Shown here one piece after another: positions 19,097 through 28,507 of a DNA stretch of 64,000 nucleotides. The stretch's first letter is position 1, and each line of letters starts with the position of its first letter. The DNA is from Candidatus Tectomicrobia bacterium RIFCSPLOWO2_12_FULL_69_37. Its GTDB lineage: Bacteria > UBA8248. The DNA is taken from positions 193-64,192 of the forward strand of contig MGDP01000039.1 in the NCBI GenBank assembly GCA_001790955.1, given 5' to 3'. The notes under the pieces were generated by a model, which was not told where the DNA came from, made no database searches, and saw only the letters and a program-made list of their open reading frames with translations. The translations under genes and the position numbers were made by a program.

Positions 19097-20356
19097 CTAA
19101 ACCCCGCCCGGGGACTTCCTCTCCATCTCCCGGAGCTTCAGGAAAAGAAGCAACGCCAGAACAACGGTCAGCACAATCGGAAGAATGACCCACCTCCTGC
19201 GGGCCTCAAACTCCTTCAGGGCGCCAAGCGCCGTTTGCAGGGCTCCCTGGGCCACTTTATTGCCAATCTGAGCCTCTTTCTCAACCTCCTTCAGCGCGAA
19301 GGAATGGACCTGAGTGCGCACCTTGATGAGCATCGTGCGGGCCTCCTTCATGCTGAACTTGGCCTCCGAGACTTCCATGCCCAGCCGCTCGGCCTTCTCC
19401 AGCTCTTCCGTCGCGCGGTGGATCAGGCTCTTGAGATCCTCGATCTGCTTGCGCATCCCGGCGGCCACCCGCAACTGCGGCGACCCCGCGGCGTGGCAGC
19501 TGACACACACCGCCGGGGACTTGTCGCCGATCATGGCCTCGGATACGCGCACCACCTTGTGGTTCGAGTGGCAGACCACGCACTCGGGAAGCTTCATCCG
19601 CTCGAACGCCGGCTTATGCGGGCTCTTCACGAAGAGATCCCGGTTGTTCACGTGGCACTGCCCGCACATCCCGCTCACCGAACTCACGGCCGGGGGGAAA
19701 GCGCCGTGGTTGCCGTGGCAGTCGTTGCAGGTGGGGGCCGAGAGCTCCCGCTTCTTGATCAAGAGATCGGCATGGACGCTCTGGAGGTAGTTCTCGAGCT
19801 GATTGGTCGGGATCTTGTAATCCTTCATGTATGCCTTGTCCGCGTGGCACTTGGAGCAAGTGCCGGCCACCTTCGGCGCGTAGACGGTGGAATTGGCATG
19901 CGCGGCGGGGAGGATGCCGTGCGCGTTATGGCAGCTCGCGCAAGTCGCGACCTTCACGTCCCCTTTCGCAAGGCGCTGCCCGTGCACGCTCGTCTGGTAG
20001 GCCTTGTGCTGATCGACCGCGATGGACGGGCTGAACCGGCGCATGAAGGCGAGATCCCCGTGGCACTTGTCGCACAGGGCGGGGATCTCGGCCGGCTTGG
20101 GCACGCCGGTGTAGCCCTTCTCCTTGGACATAGAGACTTTGACGTCGAAGGAGGCGGGATCCCCGCCGTGGCAATTCACGCAGGAGAAGCCCTTCTGCGC
20201 ATGGATGTCGGCCTCCAGCATCTTCGCGGGGGCGCCCAGCTTCCCCGGCAGCGCGCGGTGGCACTGAACGCAGGAGTCGGGCTGGGGCGCCGCCGCCCGG
20301 CTCTCCGGAGCCGCGAGGAGAAACACGGCCGCCGCCCCCAGGGCCGAAAACACCAT
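19097..20356 (-). CDS. nonaheme c-type cytochrome with C-terminal membrane anchor
   Basis: Start MVFSALGAAAVFLLAAP (signal peptide). Nine CxxCH motifs (CVQCH, CVNCH, CDKCH, CASCH, CSKCH, CNDCH, CGQCH, CVVCH, CVSCH). C-terminal TM helix. The 901-aa track ORF merges this gene with the antisense of cytochrome b. Confidence 0.75.
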   Translation of the reverse strand: MVFSALGAAAVFLLAAPESRAAAPQPDSCVQCHRALPGKLGAPAKMLEADIHAQKGFSCVNCHGGDPASFDVKVSMSKEKGYTGVPKPAEIPALCDKCHGDLAFMRRFSPSIAVDQHKAYQTSVHGQRLAKGDVKVATCASCHNAHGILPAAHANSTVYAPKVAGTCSKCHADKAYMKDYKIPTNQLENYLQSVHADLLIKKRELSAPTCNDCHGNHGAFPPAVSSVSGMCGQCHVNNRDLFVKSPHKPAFERMKLPECVVCHSNHKVVRVSEAMIGDKSPAVCVSCHAAGSPQLRVAAGMRKQIEDLKSLIHRATEELEKAERLGMEVSEAKFSMKEARTMLIKVRTQVHSFALKEVEKEAQIGNKVAQGALQTALGALKEFEARRRWVILPIVLTVVLALLLFLKLREMERKSPGGV

Positions 20357-20388
20357 CCGCCGCCAAGAATTTCCGCGCACCGCAGACC

Positions 20389-21480
20389 TCAATAAGGTTT
20401 GAAGTAGGCCAGCGATGTCATGGTGGCCAAAAAGACGATCACCGCCACTCCATACGCCGTCACCAGCCAGTGCCGCCTCCCCTCCCTCGACCAGCGGTCC
20501 CAGAAGGGTACCAGGAAGAAGATCAGCCCGCCCGCCCCGATGGCGTACACCCCCAGGGCCTCCCCCTCCATCCCCATGACCTTGGCCGGGATGTACTTGA
20601 GCGACTGGGACATGAACGTGAAGAACCATTCGGGGCGGATCCCCGCCGGGGCGGAGGCGAGCGGATCGGCCTTCTCGCCCACCTCCCAGGGGAGGTACAC
20701 CGAGAGCACGGCGAGCAGGCCGAGGACGACCACCCACACGATGCCTTCCCGCAGGACGAAGTTCGGGATGAAGGGAATTCCCCTCGCTTTCTGCTGGCCG
20801 AGGGGCTGGCTCATCCCCAGGAGCTGAATCAGGAGCAGATGAAGCCCCAGGAAAATCGTGAAGATGGGGGGAAGGATCGCGACATGAAGCGCGAAGAACC
20901 GGGTGAGGGTGGGCCCGCTGATCTCGCTCGCGCCGAGGAGGAAGTTGCGCATCCCCTCGCCCACGACGGGGATGACCTTCGTGACGTCGGTCCCGATCTT
21001 GGTGGCGAAATAGGAAAGCTTCGTCCAGGGGAGGAGATAGCCGGAGAAGCCGAACGTCATGGACAGCACGAGGAGGACGAACCCCGTCACCCAGACCAGC
21101 TCGCGGGGGGGGCGGTAGGCGCGCATGAAGTAGACGCTGAACATGTGGATGAACAGCGCCAGGATCATCAGATTGGCCGACCAGCTGTGGATGGATCGGA
21201 TCAGCCAGCCGAAGGGAACCTTGGCCGAGATGAGGAGCACGCTCTCGTACGCCCCCTCCGGCGCGGGGACGTAGTAGAACATGAGCAGGATTCCCGTCAT
21301 CACCTGCACGCAAAACAGCAACAGGGCGACCCCGCCGAAAAGATAGAAGAAAGTGCCCTTGTGCCAGGGAACCTCTTTGTGGCGGAGGAACTCGACGACG
21401 CCGGAGAGAGGGGCTCGGCTCTCCAGCCAGGAAGCGAGCCGCTCGGACCTGTTCCCGGGGGATTGGGCCATTTGCGTCAA
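20389..21480 (-). CDS. cytochrome b (long bc-complex type, b6 plus subunit IV fused)
   Basis: 363 aa polytopic protein. Conserved cytochrome b signatures (SIHSWSANLMI, heme-ligand histidines, PEWFF). 4-nt overlap with the Rieske gene. Confidence 0.85.
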   Translation of the reverse strand: MTQMAQSPGNRSERLASWLESRAPLSGVVEFLRHKEVPWHKGTFFYLFGGVALLLFCVQVMTGILLMFYYVPAPEGAYESVLLISAKVPFGWLIRSIHSWSANLMILALFIHMFSVYFMRAYRPPRELVWVTGFVLLVLSMTFGFSGYLLPWTKLSYFATKIGTDVTKVIPVVGEGMRNFLLGASEISGPTLTRFFALHVAILPPIFTIFLGLHLLLIQLLGMSQPLGQQKARGIPFIPNFVLREGIVWVVVLGLLAVLSVYLPWEVGEKADPLASAPAGIRPEWFFTFMSQSLKYIPAKVMGMEGEALGVYAIGAGGLIFFLVPFWDRWSREGRRHWLVTAYGVAVIVFLATMTSLAYFKPY

Positions 21481-21929
21481 ACCTTCCGCGCGGAGACGAA
21501 GATTTCCTCGCCGCGGACCGCCACATCATAGGCCGCCAGCGGCGTGGGGGGAGGGCCCGCGATGTTGCGGCCGAACAGATCGAAGTGGCCGTTGTGGCAG
21601 GCGCACCAGATGTGCTCCAGGTCGGCCCGGTATTGGACGGTGCAGGACAGATGGGTGCACGTGGCGCTGAAGGCGCGGTACTCGCCCCCGGGCGTCCGGA
21701 CCAGGATGCCGATCGACCCGCCGAAGCGGAACAGCTTCGCGGTATTGGGCTTGATCTCGGATGTCGAGGCCACCCGGACGGTGTCCACATGCGCGACGGC
21801 AAAGCGCGAAGGGAGAAGAAAGCGGAAAACTGGGTACACCATGGTGCCCAGGAGGGCCAGGATGCCGCCCCCCAGGAAGTAATCCAGGACGCTCCTTCGG
21901 GTCAGCGAGAACCGGCTTTCCGATGCCAT
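21477..21929 (-). CDS. Rieske [2Fe-2S] iron-sulfur protein
   Basis: TAT-like N-terminus (SLTRRSVLD), TM anchor, Rieske boxes CTHLSC and CACHNGHF. Start set at the internal Met (MASESRF...). Confidence 0.8.
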   Translation of the reverse strand: MASESRFSLTRRSVLDYFLGGGILALLGTMVYPVFRFLLPSRFAVAHVDTVRVASTSEIKPNTAKLFRFGGSIGILVRTPGGEYRAFSATCTHLSCTVQYRADLEHIWCACHNGHFDLFGRNIAGPPPTPLAAYDVAVRGEEIFVSARKV

Positions 21930-22590
21930 TCGGAATACCCCCTCCTTCAAGTCTCTCCACGGCAACATTCTATTCTTGGCGCTGCACCACCCCAAGGGAA
22001 AGCGGCCATTCCCGACGCGAGACGGCCCCATCCGGGCGGACGGGACCCCACGAACCTCGCTTTTCCCTCTGCGGCTGCCAGCCAAGCCGGGGAACGGGGG
22101 TCCCCCGAAACGGCAATCACATCACGTGCCTTGCCGATAAAGGCAAGAAGCACACGTCTGAGTTGAGAATTTCAACGGAGGGCCAAGTCGTAATATGAAA
22201 CGGTTCCCAGCCCCTGTCAACGAGAAAACCCCCGCTTGAGGCCAAGATTGCATCCGAAGGAACCACCCAAAAGTTAAGTATTGCTTAACACTCTCAGGTT
22301 GGTGAGAACTTTGACAATTTGGCCACCTTGCGGGCGCAGGGACCGAGAGAATATCGGATGCCGGTCAAAAAACTGTTGCATTGGATATCATAATCCCCTA
22401 TCTTTTATGGCGTGGTGATTATCAACACTTGAAGATTCATCGGCCCTCCCTGAATTTCCGGCAGATCTCCGAAGCGTGTCTTTGAGGCCCCTTTCGTGGG
22501 TTGGGGCCAGAAGTTCTTCTGCGCTCGCGGTCAACGGGCGCGGGAGAATCTGATATCTCATTGCGAAACTCACATCTCTCGGAGAGCTTC

Positions 22591-23595
22591 ATGGGGGCGA
22601 CACAGAAGCACCAGCGAAAGGGAAAGCAGATGGTTTTCCTTGTACTTGCTTTCGTTGCCCTTCTGGCCGCGGGCGGCTGCTCCTCCGGTGACCGAGCCCC
22701 CGCCGCCAAAGCCCCGCCCGCCGCAGCCGCAGCCGCTTCCCGCACGACGGCAACCCAGGCCCGCGCGCAGGCCGCCTCCGCCCAGTATGTGGGTGACAGA
22801 GCCTGCATCGCCTGCCACAAGGACGCCGCCGAGAAATACGCCAAGACCCTCATGGGCAAGACCCTGAGCGGCCCGGCCCGGCCCGGCGTCCAGCGGGTGG
22901 ACTGCGAGTCCTGCCATGGGCCCGCCTCGGCCCACGTCGCCGCCGGCGGCGGGAAAGGGAAGGGGATCCTGGTCACCTTCCGCAGCGGCATCGAGCTGGC
23001 CGCGGTCCAGAACCAGCCGTGCCTCAAGTGCCACGAGAGCGACGAGCGGCGCTACTGGAAGTCGAGCGCCCACGACTCGCGCGACGTCTCCTGCGTCAGC
23101 TGCCACAAGCTGATGGAGAACGTCTCGGACCGCTTCGCCCTCGCCAAGCCCACCCAGAACGACACCTGCGCCCAGTGCCACCTCGTCCGGAAGGCCCAGA
23201 GCTTCCGCAACGCCCACATGGCCGCGCGGGAGGGGGCGACGCAGTGCTCCAACTGCCACGCCCCGCACGGCTCGCCCACCGAGAAGCTCCTGAAGGGCAA
23301 CTCCGTCAACGAGAACTGCTACAACTGCCATCCCGAGAAGCGGGGGCCCTTCATCTTCGAGCACGCCCCCGTGCGCGAGAGCTGCACCAACTGCCACGAG
23401 CCCCACGGCACCCTCAACGACAACCTCCTGAAGATGCGGCGGCCCCGGCTGTGCCAATCGTGCCACGTGGAGGGGCGCCATCCCTCCTCGGCGGGCCTGG
23501 CCAATACGGTCTACACGTTCGGGGCCTCCTGCCTGAACTGCCACAGCCGTGTCCACGGGTCGAATCATCCCTCGGGGAACTTCTTCCTGAGGTAA
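22591..23595 (+). CDS. periplasmic decaheme c-type cytochrome, MtrA/DmsE/PioA family
   Basis: Signal peptide with a possible lipobox (LLAAGGC). Ten CxxCH motifs in about 330 aa. Followed 47 nt downstream by a large beta-barrel gene. Confidence 0.75.
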   Translation: MGATQKHQRKGKQMVFLVLAFVALLAAGGCSSGDRAPAAKAPPAAAAAASRTTATQARAQAASAQYVGDRACIACHKDAAEKYAKTLMGKTLSGPARPGVQRVDCESCHGPASAHVAAGGGKGKGILVTFRSGIELAAVQNQPCLKCHESDERRYWKSSAHDSRDVSCVSCHKLMENVSDRFALAKPTQNDTCAQCHLVRKAQSFRNAHMAAREGATQCSNCHAPHGSPTEKLLKGNSVNENCYNCHPEKRGPFIFEHAPVRESCTNCHEPHGTLNDNLLKMRRPRLCQSCHVEGRHPSSAGLANTVYTFGASCLNCHSRVHGSNHPSGNFFLR

Positions 23596-23642
23596 GGGAC
23601 TTCAGCCGGATTCATTTGGGGACGCCCCAGCCGTAAGGAGAC

Positions 23643-25835
23643 ATGAAGATGATGCCGAGGGCGGCGAGGACACCATTCATGCTTGGGCTGCTCGTGGCGG
23701 CGATTGCCCTGCTCGCCGCACCGGCCGACGCGCAAGAGCTCAAGCTCGGCGACTACACGATCTCGGGTGACTTGGAAGGCGGCGTCCGCCAGCTCTACGG
23801 CGAGCGCCGGGACAGCCGGTTCAACGAGTTCCGGGAAATCCCCCAGGGGCTGTTCTTCCCCGGCCTCCGGCTGGACGTCGGCAAGCCCGGCTACTATTAC
23901 GAGCTCCGGGCCGAGGACCTGCTGGAGAACGATCAGTCCCTCCGCTTCTCGCTGGGGTCGCCGGGCCTCTACCGCCTGGACGTGGAGTGGAACGAGCTCC
24001 AGCACATGTTCAAGAACCAGGCCATCACCCCCTACTCCGGCGTGGGGGGGAGCGACCTCACGATCGACTCCGCCGTCCGGACGGTGATTCAGGGCCAAAG
24101 CAGCTCCGCGCAGATCACCAGCGTGGACAGCCTCTTCCGAAGCGGGCACAGGGAGGTCATCGGTTTCGACCGCGACCGGGCCGAGGTGAAGTTCAGGACC
24201 ATGCTGGCGCCGGACTTCACCGTCAAGACGTATTACAAGAACGAGCGCTGGGACGGCACCCGGCCCATCAATATGCTGTTCGGCAGCAGCCCCGGCGGCC
24301 GCCCGTTCATCGAGCTCCCGATGCCCGTGGACTACCGCCACGACGTGGTCCGTCTCGCTCTCGAGTGGGCCCGGAACGGCAACTCCCTCGAGGTGGGCTA
24401 CGAGGGCTCCTTCTTCGAAAACCGCTACGGCAGCGTGACCTTCAGCAACCCCTTCCGGGGGACGGATGCCTCCAGCACCCCCGCCCGGGGCCGCTTCGCC
24501 CTGGACCCGGACAACCAGGCCCACTACCTCAACGTCCACGGCGCCTTCAACCTGCCGGCCGAGACCCGCCTGATGGGCACCTTCTCCTACGGCTGGCTGA
24601 CCCAGGACGAGACCTTCGTCCCCCACACCATCAACACCGCCCTCACCAGCTCGACCCTCACCCTCCCCCGGAACAGCCTGGACGGGGAGCTCAACCCGAC
24701 CCTCGTCAACCTCGTCCTGACCAACCGGGCGATCCACAACCTCACCATCACGGGCCGCTACCGCTACTACGACCTGGAGAACAACACCAAGCACATCGAG
24801 TTCCCGGGCCACACCGTGGGCGACGTGAGCCAGGTGACCACCTCGACCCTGGAGAACTCCCGCATCGAGTACACCCGCCAGAACGCGGGCGTGGACCTGA
24901 GCTACCGCCTCAGCAACAACCTCAAGCTGAGCGGCGGCTACGAGTGGAGGAAAGCGGACTACCACGAGCTCCACGCCAAGGAGAACCAAGAGGACCGGGC
25001 CAAGGTCAGCCTGGATATCAAGGCCAACAACTGGCTCATGATCCGGCCCGCCTACATCTACTCCGACCGGAGCGTCTCGGGCTACGTGGCCCAGAGCCTC
25101 CCCACGCAGGCGGAGCGGCGGGAGTTCAACCTGGCCGAGCGCGAGCGGCACGAGGGCAAGCTGATGGCCCGGATCATGCCCTCCGACAGGTTCTCCATCA
25201 CCTTCGAGGGCGGCCTCGGGACCGAGGACTACAACGCCAAGTACGGCCTGGACGAGGGCTACGTGTGGAACGCCTCCGTCGAGGTGGCGGTGACCCCCGT
25301 CGACTGGCTCAACATGTTCGCGAGCTACACCCACGAGAGGGTTTTCGGCAAGATCCACTCGGTCCAGAACAGCCGCGTCGGCGGCGTGGATACCTTCTTC
25401 GACGTGGACGCCTGGACGATGAAGTTCACGGACGACTACGACGTCATCCGCGCGGGCTTCGACCTCCTCCTCTACGAGAACAAGGAGAAGGGCCGGAAGG
25501 TCACCGCCCGGGCCGAGATGTCCTACGCCTACAGCAGCGGGGAGACGAGGAACTCCAAGGACGACCCCGCTTCTACCGTTGTTGCCACCGAGAACTGGCC
25601 CGACATCAAGGCCAAGCTGTGGGGGGTGTTCACCCGGGTGGACTACCACCTGAGCAAGCACTTCTCCATCGGCGCGGGCTACAACTACGAGCGCTACACC
25701 CTCGACGACTTCACGCAGCGGTGGGTGGACGTAGTCGTGCCCTCGCAGATCAGCACGCGGGTGTACTCCCTCGGCGACCGGCTGGACAACTACGAGGCCC
25801 ACACCGTGGCCATGTTCGCCCGCTGGCGCTTCTGA
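23643..25835 (+). CDS. MtrB/PioB-family outer-membrane beta-barrel (porin-cytochrome conduit)
   Basis: Signal peptide, 730 aa, alternating amphipathic composition rich in Y/G/N/D, C-terminal aromatic beta-signal '...ARWRF'. Sits immediately after the decaheme cytochrome. Confidence 0.65.
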   Translation: MKMMPRAARTPFMLGLLVAAIALLAAPADAQELKLGDYTISGDLEGGVRQLYGERRDSRFNEFREIPQGLFFPGLRLDVGKPGYYYELRAEDLLENDQSLRFSLGSPGLYRLDVEWNELQHMFKNQAITPYSGVGGSDLTIDSAVRTVIQGQSSSAQITSVDSLFRSGHREVIGFDRDRAEVKFRTMLAPDFTVKTYYKNERWDGTRPINMLFGSSPGGRPFIELPMPVDYRHDVVRLALEWARNGNSLEVGYEGSFFENRYGSVTFSNPFRGTDASSTPARGRFALDPDNQAHYLNVHGAFNLPAETRLMGTFSYGWLTQDETFVPHTINTALTSSTLTLPRNSLDGELNPTLVNLVLTNRAIHNLTITGRYRYYDLENNTKHIEFPGHTVGDVSQVTTSTLENSRIEYTRQNAGVDLSYRLSNNLKLSGGYEWRKADYHELHAKENQEDRAKVSLDIKANNWLMIRPAYIYSDRSVSGYVAQSLPTQAERREFNLAERERHEGKLMARIMPSDRFSITFEGGLGTEDYNAKYGLDEGYVWNASVEVAVTPVDWLNMFASYTHERVFGKIHSVQNSRVGGVDTFFDVDAWTMKFTDDYDVIRAGFDLLLYENKEKGRKVTARAEMSYAYSSGETRNSKDDPASTVVATENWPDIKAKLWGVFTRVDYHLSKHFSIGAGYNYERYTLDDFTQRWVDVVVPSQISTRVYSLGDRLDNYEAHTVAMFARWRF

Positions 25836-25863
25836 CCCGCCTTCACGGCCGCTGGACGCAAAA

Positions 25864-25896
25864 GGGGGGCCATCGAAAGATGGCCCCCCTTCTATT
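25864..25896. terminator. rho-independent terminator-like hairpin between convergent genes
   Basis: ggggggccatc-gaaa-gatggcccccc followed by ttctatt. Lies between the MtrB-like gene (+) and the cupin gene (-). Confidence 0.55.
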
Positions 25897-25911
25897 GTCT
25901 AATCCGGCGTC

Positions 25912-26241
25912 CTACGCCTCGGCCTTGATGACGGCCTCGCGCGGCGGGCTGTAGATGCCGATGTAGGTGATGGGAGTGTGGGCCTCGAGCTGATGGGGCA
26001 CCCCCGCCGGGATGTGCACCACCTGCCCCGCCTCGATCTCCCGGCTCTCTCCCGCCACCGTGAAGCGGGCCTTCCCCTTCTGGAGATAGACCAGCTGCTC
26101 GTTGTCGTGGCTGTGGCTCTGGGTGGTCCCCCCCTCGCGCTCGACGTAGACCATCATGACGTTCTTGCCGACCACGAGCCTCCGCTTCCGCCCTGGCATG
26201 TCCTGCGCGTCGACCTTGGCCAGATCGTAGAAGTATTGCAT
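25912..26241 (-). CDS. cupin-domain protein
   Basis: About 109 aa with cupin motifs (G...H.H...E..Y...G and PAGVPH). The upstream part of the track ORF is Gly/Arg-rich non-coding. Confidence 0.6.
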   Translation of the reverse strand: MQYFYDLAKVDAQDMPGRKRRLVVGKNVMMVYVEREGGTTQSHSHDNEQLVYLQKGKARFTVAGESREIEAGQVVHIPAGVPHQLEAHTPITYIGIYSPPREAVIKAEA

Positions 26242-26291
26242 GTCTGCCTCCCTGCCGGCGGCCCCCGCCCGGCCGGGGCCTGACGGATGCC

Positions 26292-27368
26292 TTAGCCTTC
26301 GAGTCGGACCGCCCTGCTCGTGCGGGCCGACTCCTCGATGGCGAGCGTGACCGCGAGCGTCCGCCGGCCCTCCCGGGCCGTGGTGTGGGGGCACGGCCGC
26401 CCCGTCGCGAGGTGATCCAGCCACGAGCGGGTCTCGTTGGCGATGGGGCCCCAGAAGTCCCCCATCGCCCAATCGCCCGAGGAGTTGGTCTGCATGAACA
26501 CCATGTTGGCCGTGTGCCCGGGGACGTAGGCGTGGGGTATCCCGGCGTCGGTGAACAGGATGCTGTCCTTGTTGTCCTGATCGAGAAGGATGACCCCGTC
26601 CGTCCCCAGCACCTCGAACCGGGCGCTCTGGCCGTGGGAGGGATACTTCGCGGGCAGGGCGTAGCAGACGCCCAGGTTCACCACGGCGCCATCCTCGAAG
26701 GTGACGATGGCCCAGGTCACGTCCTGGGCGGAGTACCCCATCTCCTTGAAAATGAGGGAGTTACCGCGGGCAACCACCTCTACCGGCCGGATGCCCTCCA
26801 GGAACCAGCAGGCCATGTCCACATAGTAGGTGAGGACGTCCAGGATGGGCGTCGCCTCGGGGGAGCGCTCGAGGATCTGGAGCATCTGGGCGCGCGTGTT
26901 GTAGACCCTGGCGGTCGCCCCCAGGATGCGGCCCAGACGGCCCCGGACGATCTGCTCCTTGGCGAGCATCCAGCGCCGGTCGTGGCGCCGGGAGTAGCCG
27001 ATACGGAGGTCCACCCCCGCCGCCTCCGCCGCGGCCACGATGCGGTCCGCGTCCTCCAGGGTTAGGGCGATGGGCTTCTCCACGAAGACGGGCTTGCCCA
27101 GCCGCAGCGCCTGGAGGATAGGCCCGGCGTGGTCGTGCTCCGGGGTGGAGACGAAGACGGCGTCCACCTCCGGGCGGGAGACGACCTCCTCGTTGTCCCC
27201 CGAGGAGAAGTTCGCCGCGACGCTCTCGGCCAAGGCGGAGGCGCGCGCCGGGTCCTTGTCCGAGACGGCGAGAAAGCGGACCGAGGGATGCCGGGCCGCC
27301 ATGTGGGCCCGGAGCGTGCCGATCCGCCCCGAGCCGACGACCGCGATCCCGATCTGCTTGTTCCTCAC
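26292..27368 (-). CDS. Gfo/Idh/MocA-family NAD(P)-dependent oxidoreductase
   Basis: N-terminal Rossmann motif IAVVGSGRIG and the characteristic EKP motif (VFVEKPIALT). Confidence 0.85.
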   Translation of the reverse strand: MRNKQIGIAVVGSGRIGTLRAHMAARHPSVRFLAVSDKDPARASALAESVAANFSSGDNEEVVSRPEVDAVFVSTPEHDHAGPILQALRLGKPVFVEKPIALTLEDADRIVAAAEAAGVDLRIGYSRRHDRRWMLAKEQIVRGRLGRILGATARVYNTRAQMLQILERSPEATPILDVLTYYVDMACWFLEGIRPVEVVARGNSLIFKEMGYSAQDVTWAIVTFEDGAVVNLGVCYALPAKYPSHGQSARFEVLGTDGVILLDQDNKDSILFTDAGIPHAYVPGHTANMVFMQTNSSGDWAMGDFWGPIANETRSWLDHLATGRPCPHTTAREGRRTLAVTLAIEESARTSRAVRLEG

Positions 27369-27387
27369 CGCTCCCCTCCCGCCCGCC

Positions 27388-28476
27388 TTACGCCTCGTCC
27401 GAGAGCGGCAGCCTCACCGCCTTCCCGGCCCGGGCGGAGCGCTCGATCGCCATCGTGACCTCGAGCGTCTGCCGGGCTTGCGCGGCCGTCGTGTGGGGGC
27501 ACGGCCTCCCCGTCGCGAGGTGGTCGAGCCAGGAGCGCGTCTCCTCCCCGAGGGGCCCCCAATAGCCCCCGAGGGCCGCGTTCCCCGAGGCGTTGCTGGT
27601 CAGGAAGACCATCTCCAGGCCGATGCCCGGCACGTAGGCGTGCGGGAACCCCTCCTCCGTGTAGAGGATGTTCTCCTTGTGGTCCTCGTCGAGGAGCGCC
27701 ACTCCCTTCTCCCCCAGGACCTCCACCCGCACCGCCCTTCCGTGGATGGGGTACTTCGGAGGGAGCGCATAGCCCACCCCGAGGCTCACCGAGGCCCCGT
27801 CGGCGAAAGTCACGATGGCCCAGGTGACCTCGTCCGCCTCGTAGCCTAAGCCCCGGTACACCACTCCGTGGCTCCGCGCATAAACCTCCACGGGGAGGTT
27901 CCCCTCCAGGTACCAGCCGAAGAGGTCCACGAGATAGGTCAGGGCGTCCCGGACAAAGGTGGCGTCGAGGGAGCGCTTGAGAATTTGGACGCCGTGCGCC
28001 CGGGTGTTGTAGAGCCTTCCCGTCCCGCCGACGATCCGCCCGAGCTTGCCCTGCGCGATCTGATCTTTCGTCAGGAGGTAGCGGCGCTGGAAGCGGATGC
28101 TGTAGCCCACCCGGAGGTCCACGCCGGTACGTTTGGCGGCGGCGAGCATCTCGTCGGCGTCCCGGAGGCGAAGGGCGATGGGCTTCTCCACCAGCACGGG
28201 CTTCCCCGCCTCCAGGGCCTGGATCACGGGGAGGGCGTGCTCGGGCTCGCTGCTGGAGACGATGACCGCGTTCACCTCGGGCCGGGAGATGACCTCCAGG
28301 TTGTCGCCCGAGCTGAAATTCGCGGCCACGCTCTCCGCCAGGACGGAAGCCCGAACCGGGTCCTTGTCGGAGACGGCGAGGAAATCCACCGAGGGATGGG
28401 AAGCCGCCATCCCCGCCCGGAGGGTGCCGATCCGGCCGGACCCGACTACCGCGATCCCCAACCGCTTCCCGCCCAT
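27388..28476 (-). CDS. Gfo/Idh/MocA-family oxidoreductase (tandem paralog)
   Basis: About 65% identical to the upstream neighbour over the full length (GIAVVGSGRIGTLRAGMAASHPSV...VLVEKPIAL). Confidence 0.85.
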   Translation of the reverse strand: MGGKRLGIAVVGSGRIGTLRAGMAASHPSVDFLAVSDKDPVRASVLAESVAANFSSGDNLEVISRPEVNAVIVSSSEPEHALPVIQALEAGKPVLVEKPIALRLRDADEMLAAAKRTGVDLRVGYSIRFQRRYLLTKDQIAQGKLGRIVGGTGRLYNTRAHGVQILKRSLDATFVRDALTYLVDLFGWYLEGNLPVEVYARSHGVVYRGLGYEADEVTWAIVTFADGASVSLGVGYALPPKYPIHGRAVRVEVLGEKGVALLDEDHKENILYTEEGFPHAYVPGIGLEMVFLTSNASGNAALGGYWGPLGEETRSWLDHLATGRPCPHTTAAQARQTLEVTMAIERSARAGKAVRLPLSDEA

Positions 28477-28507
28477 CCAGCCCCCTTGGCCCGTCCCGGG
28501 CCCCGCC

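Noticed and set aside
19097-21802. 901-aa minus-strand ORF
   Set aside because: Its C-terminal 419 aa are the nonaheme cytochrome. The N-terminal remainder is the out-of-frame or antisense read-through of the cytochrome b gene (20389..21480), which has unmistakable cytochrome b motifs in another frame.
22570-25802. Long minus-strand ORFs (332 aa and 745 aa) antisense to the MtrA-like and MtrB-like genes
   Set aside because: Plus-strand frames carry ten CxxCH motifs and a beta-barrel signature respectively. The antisense translations are low-complexity.
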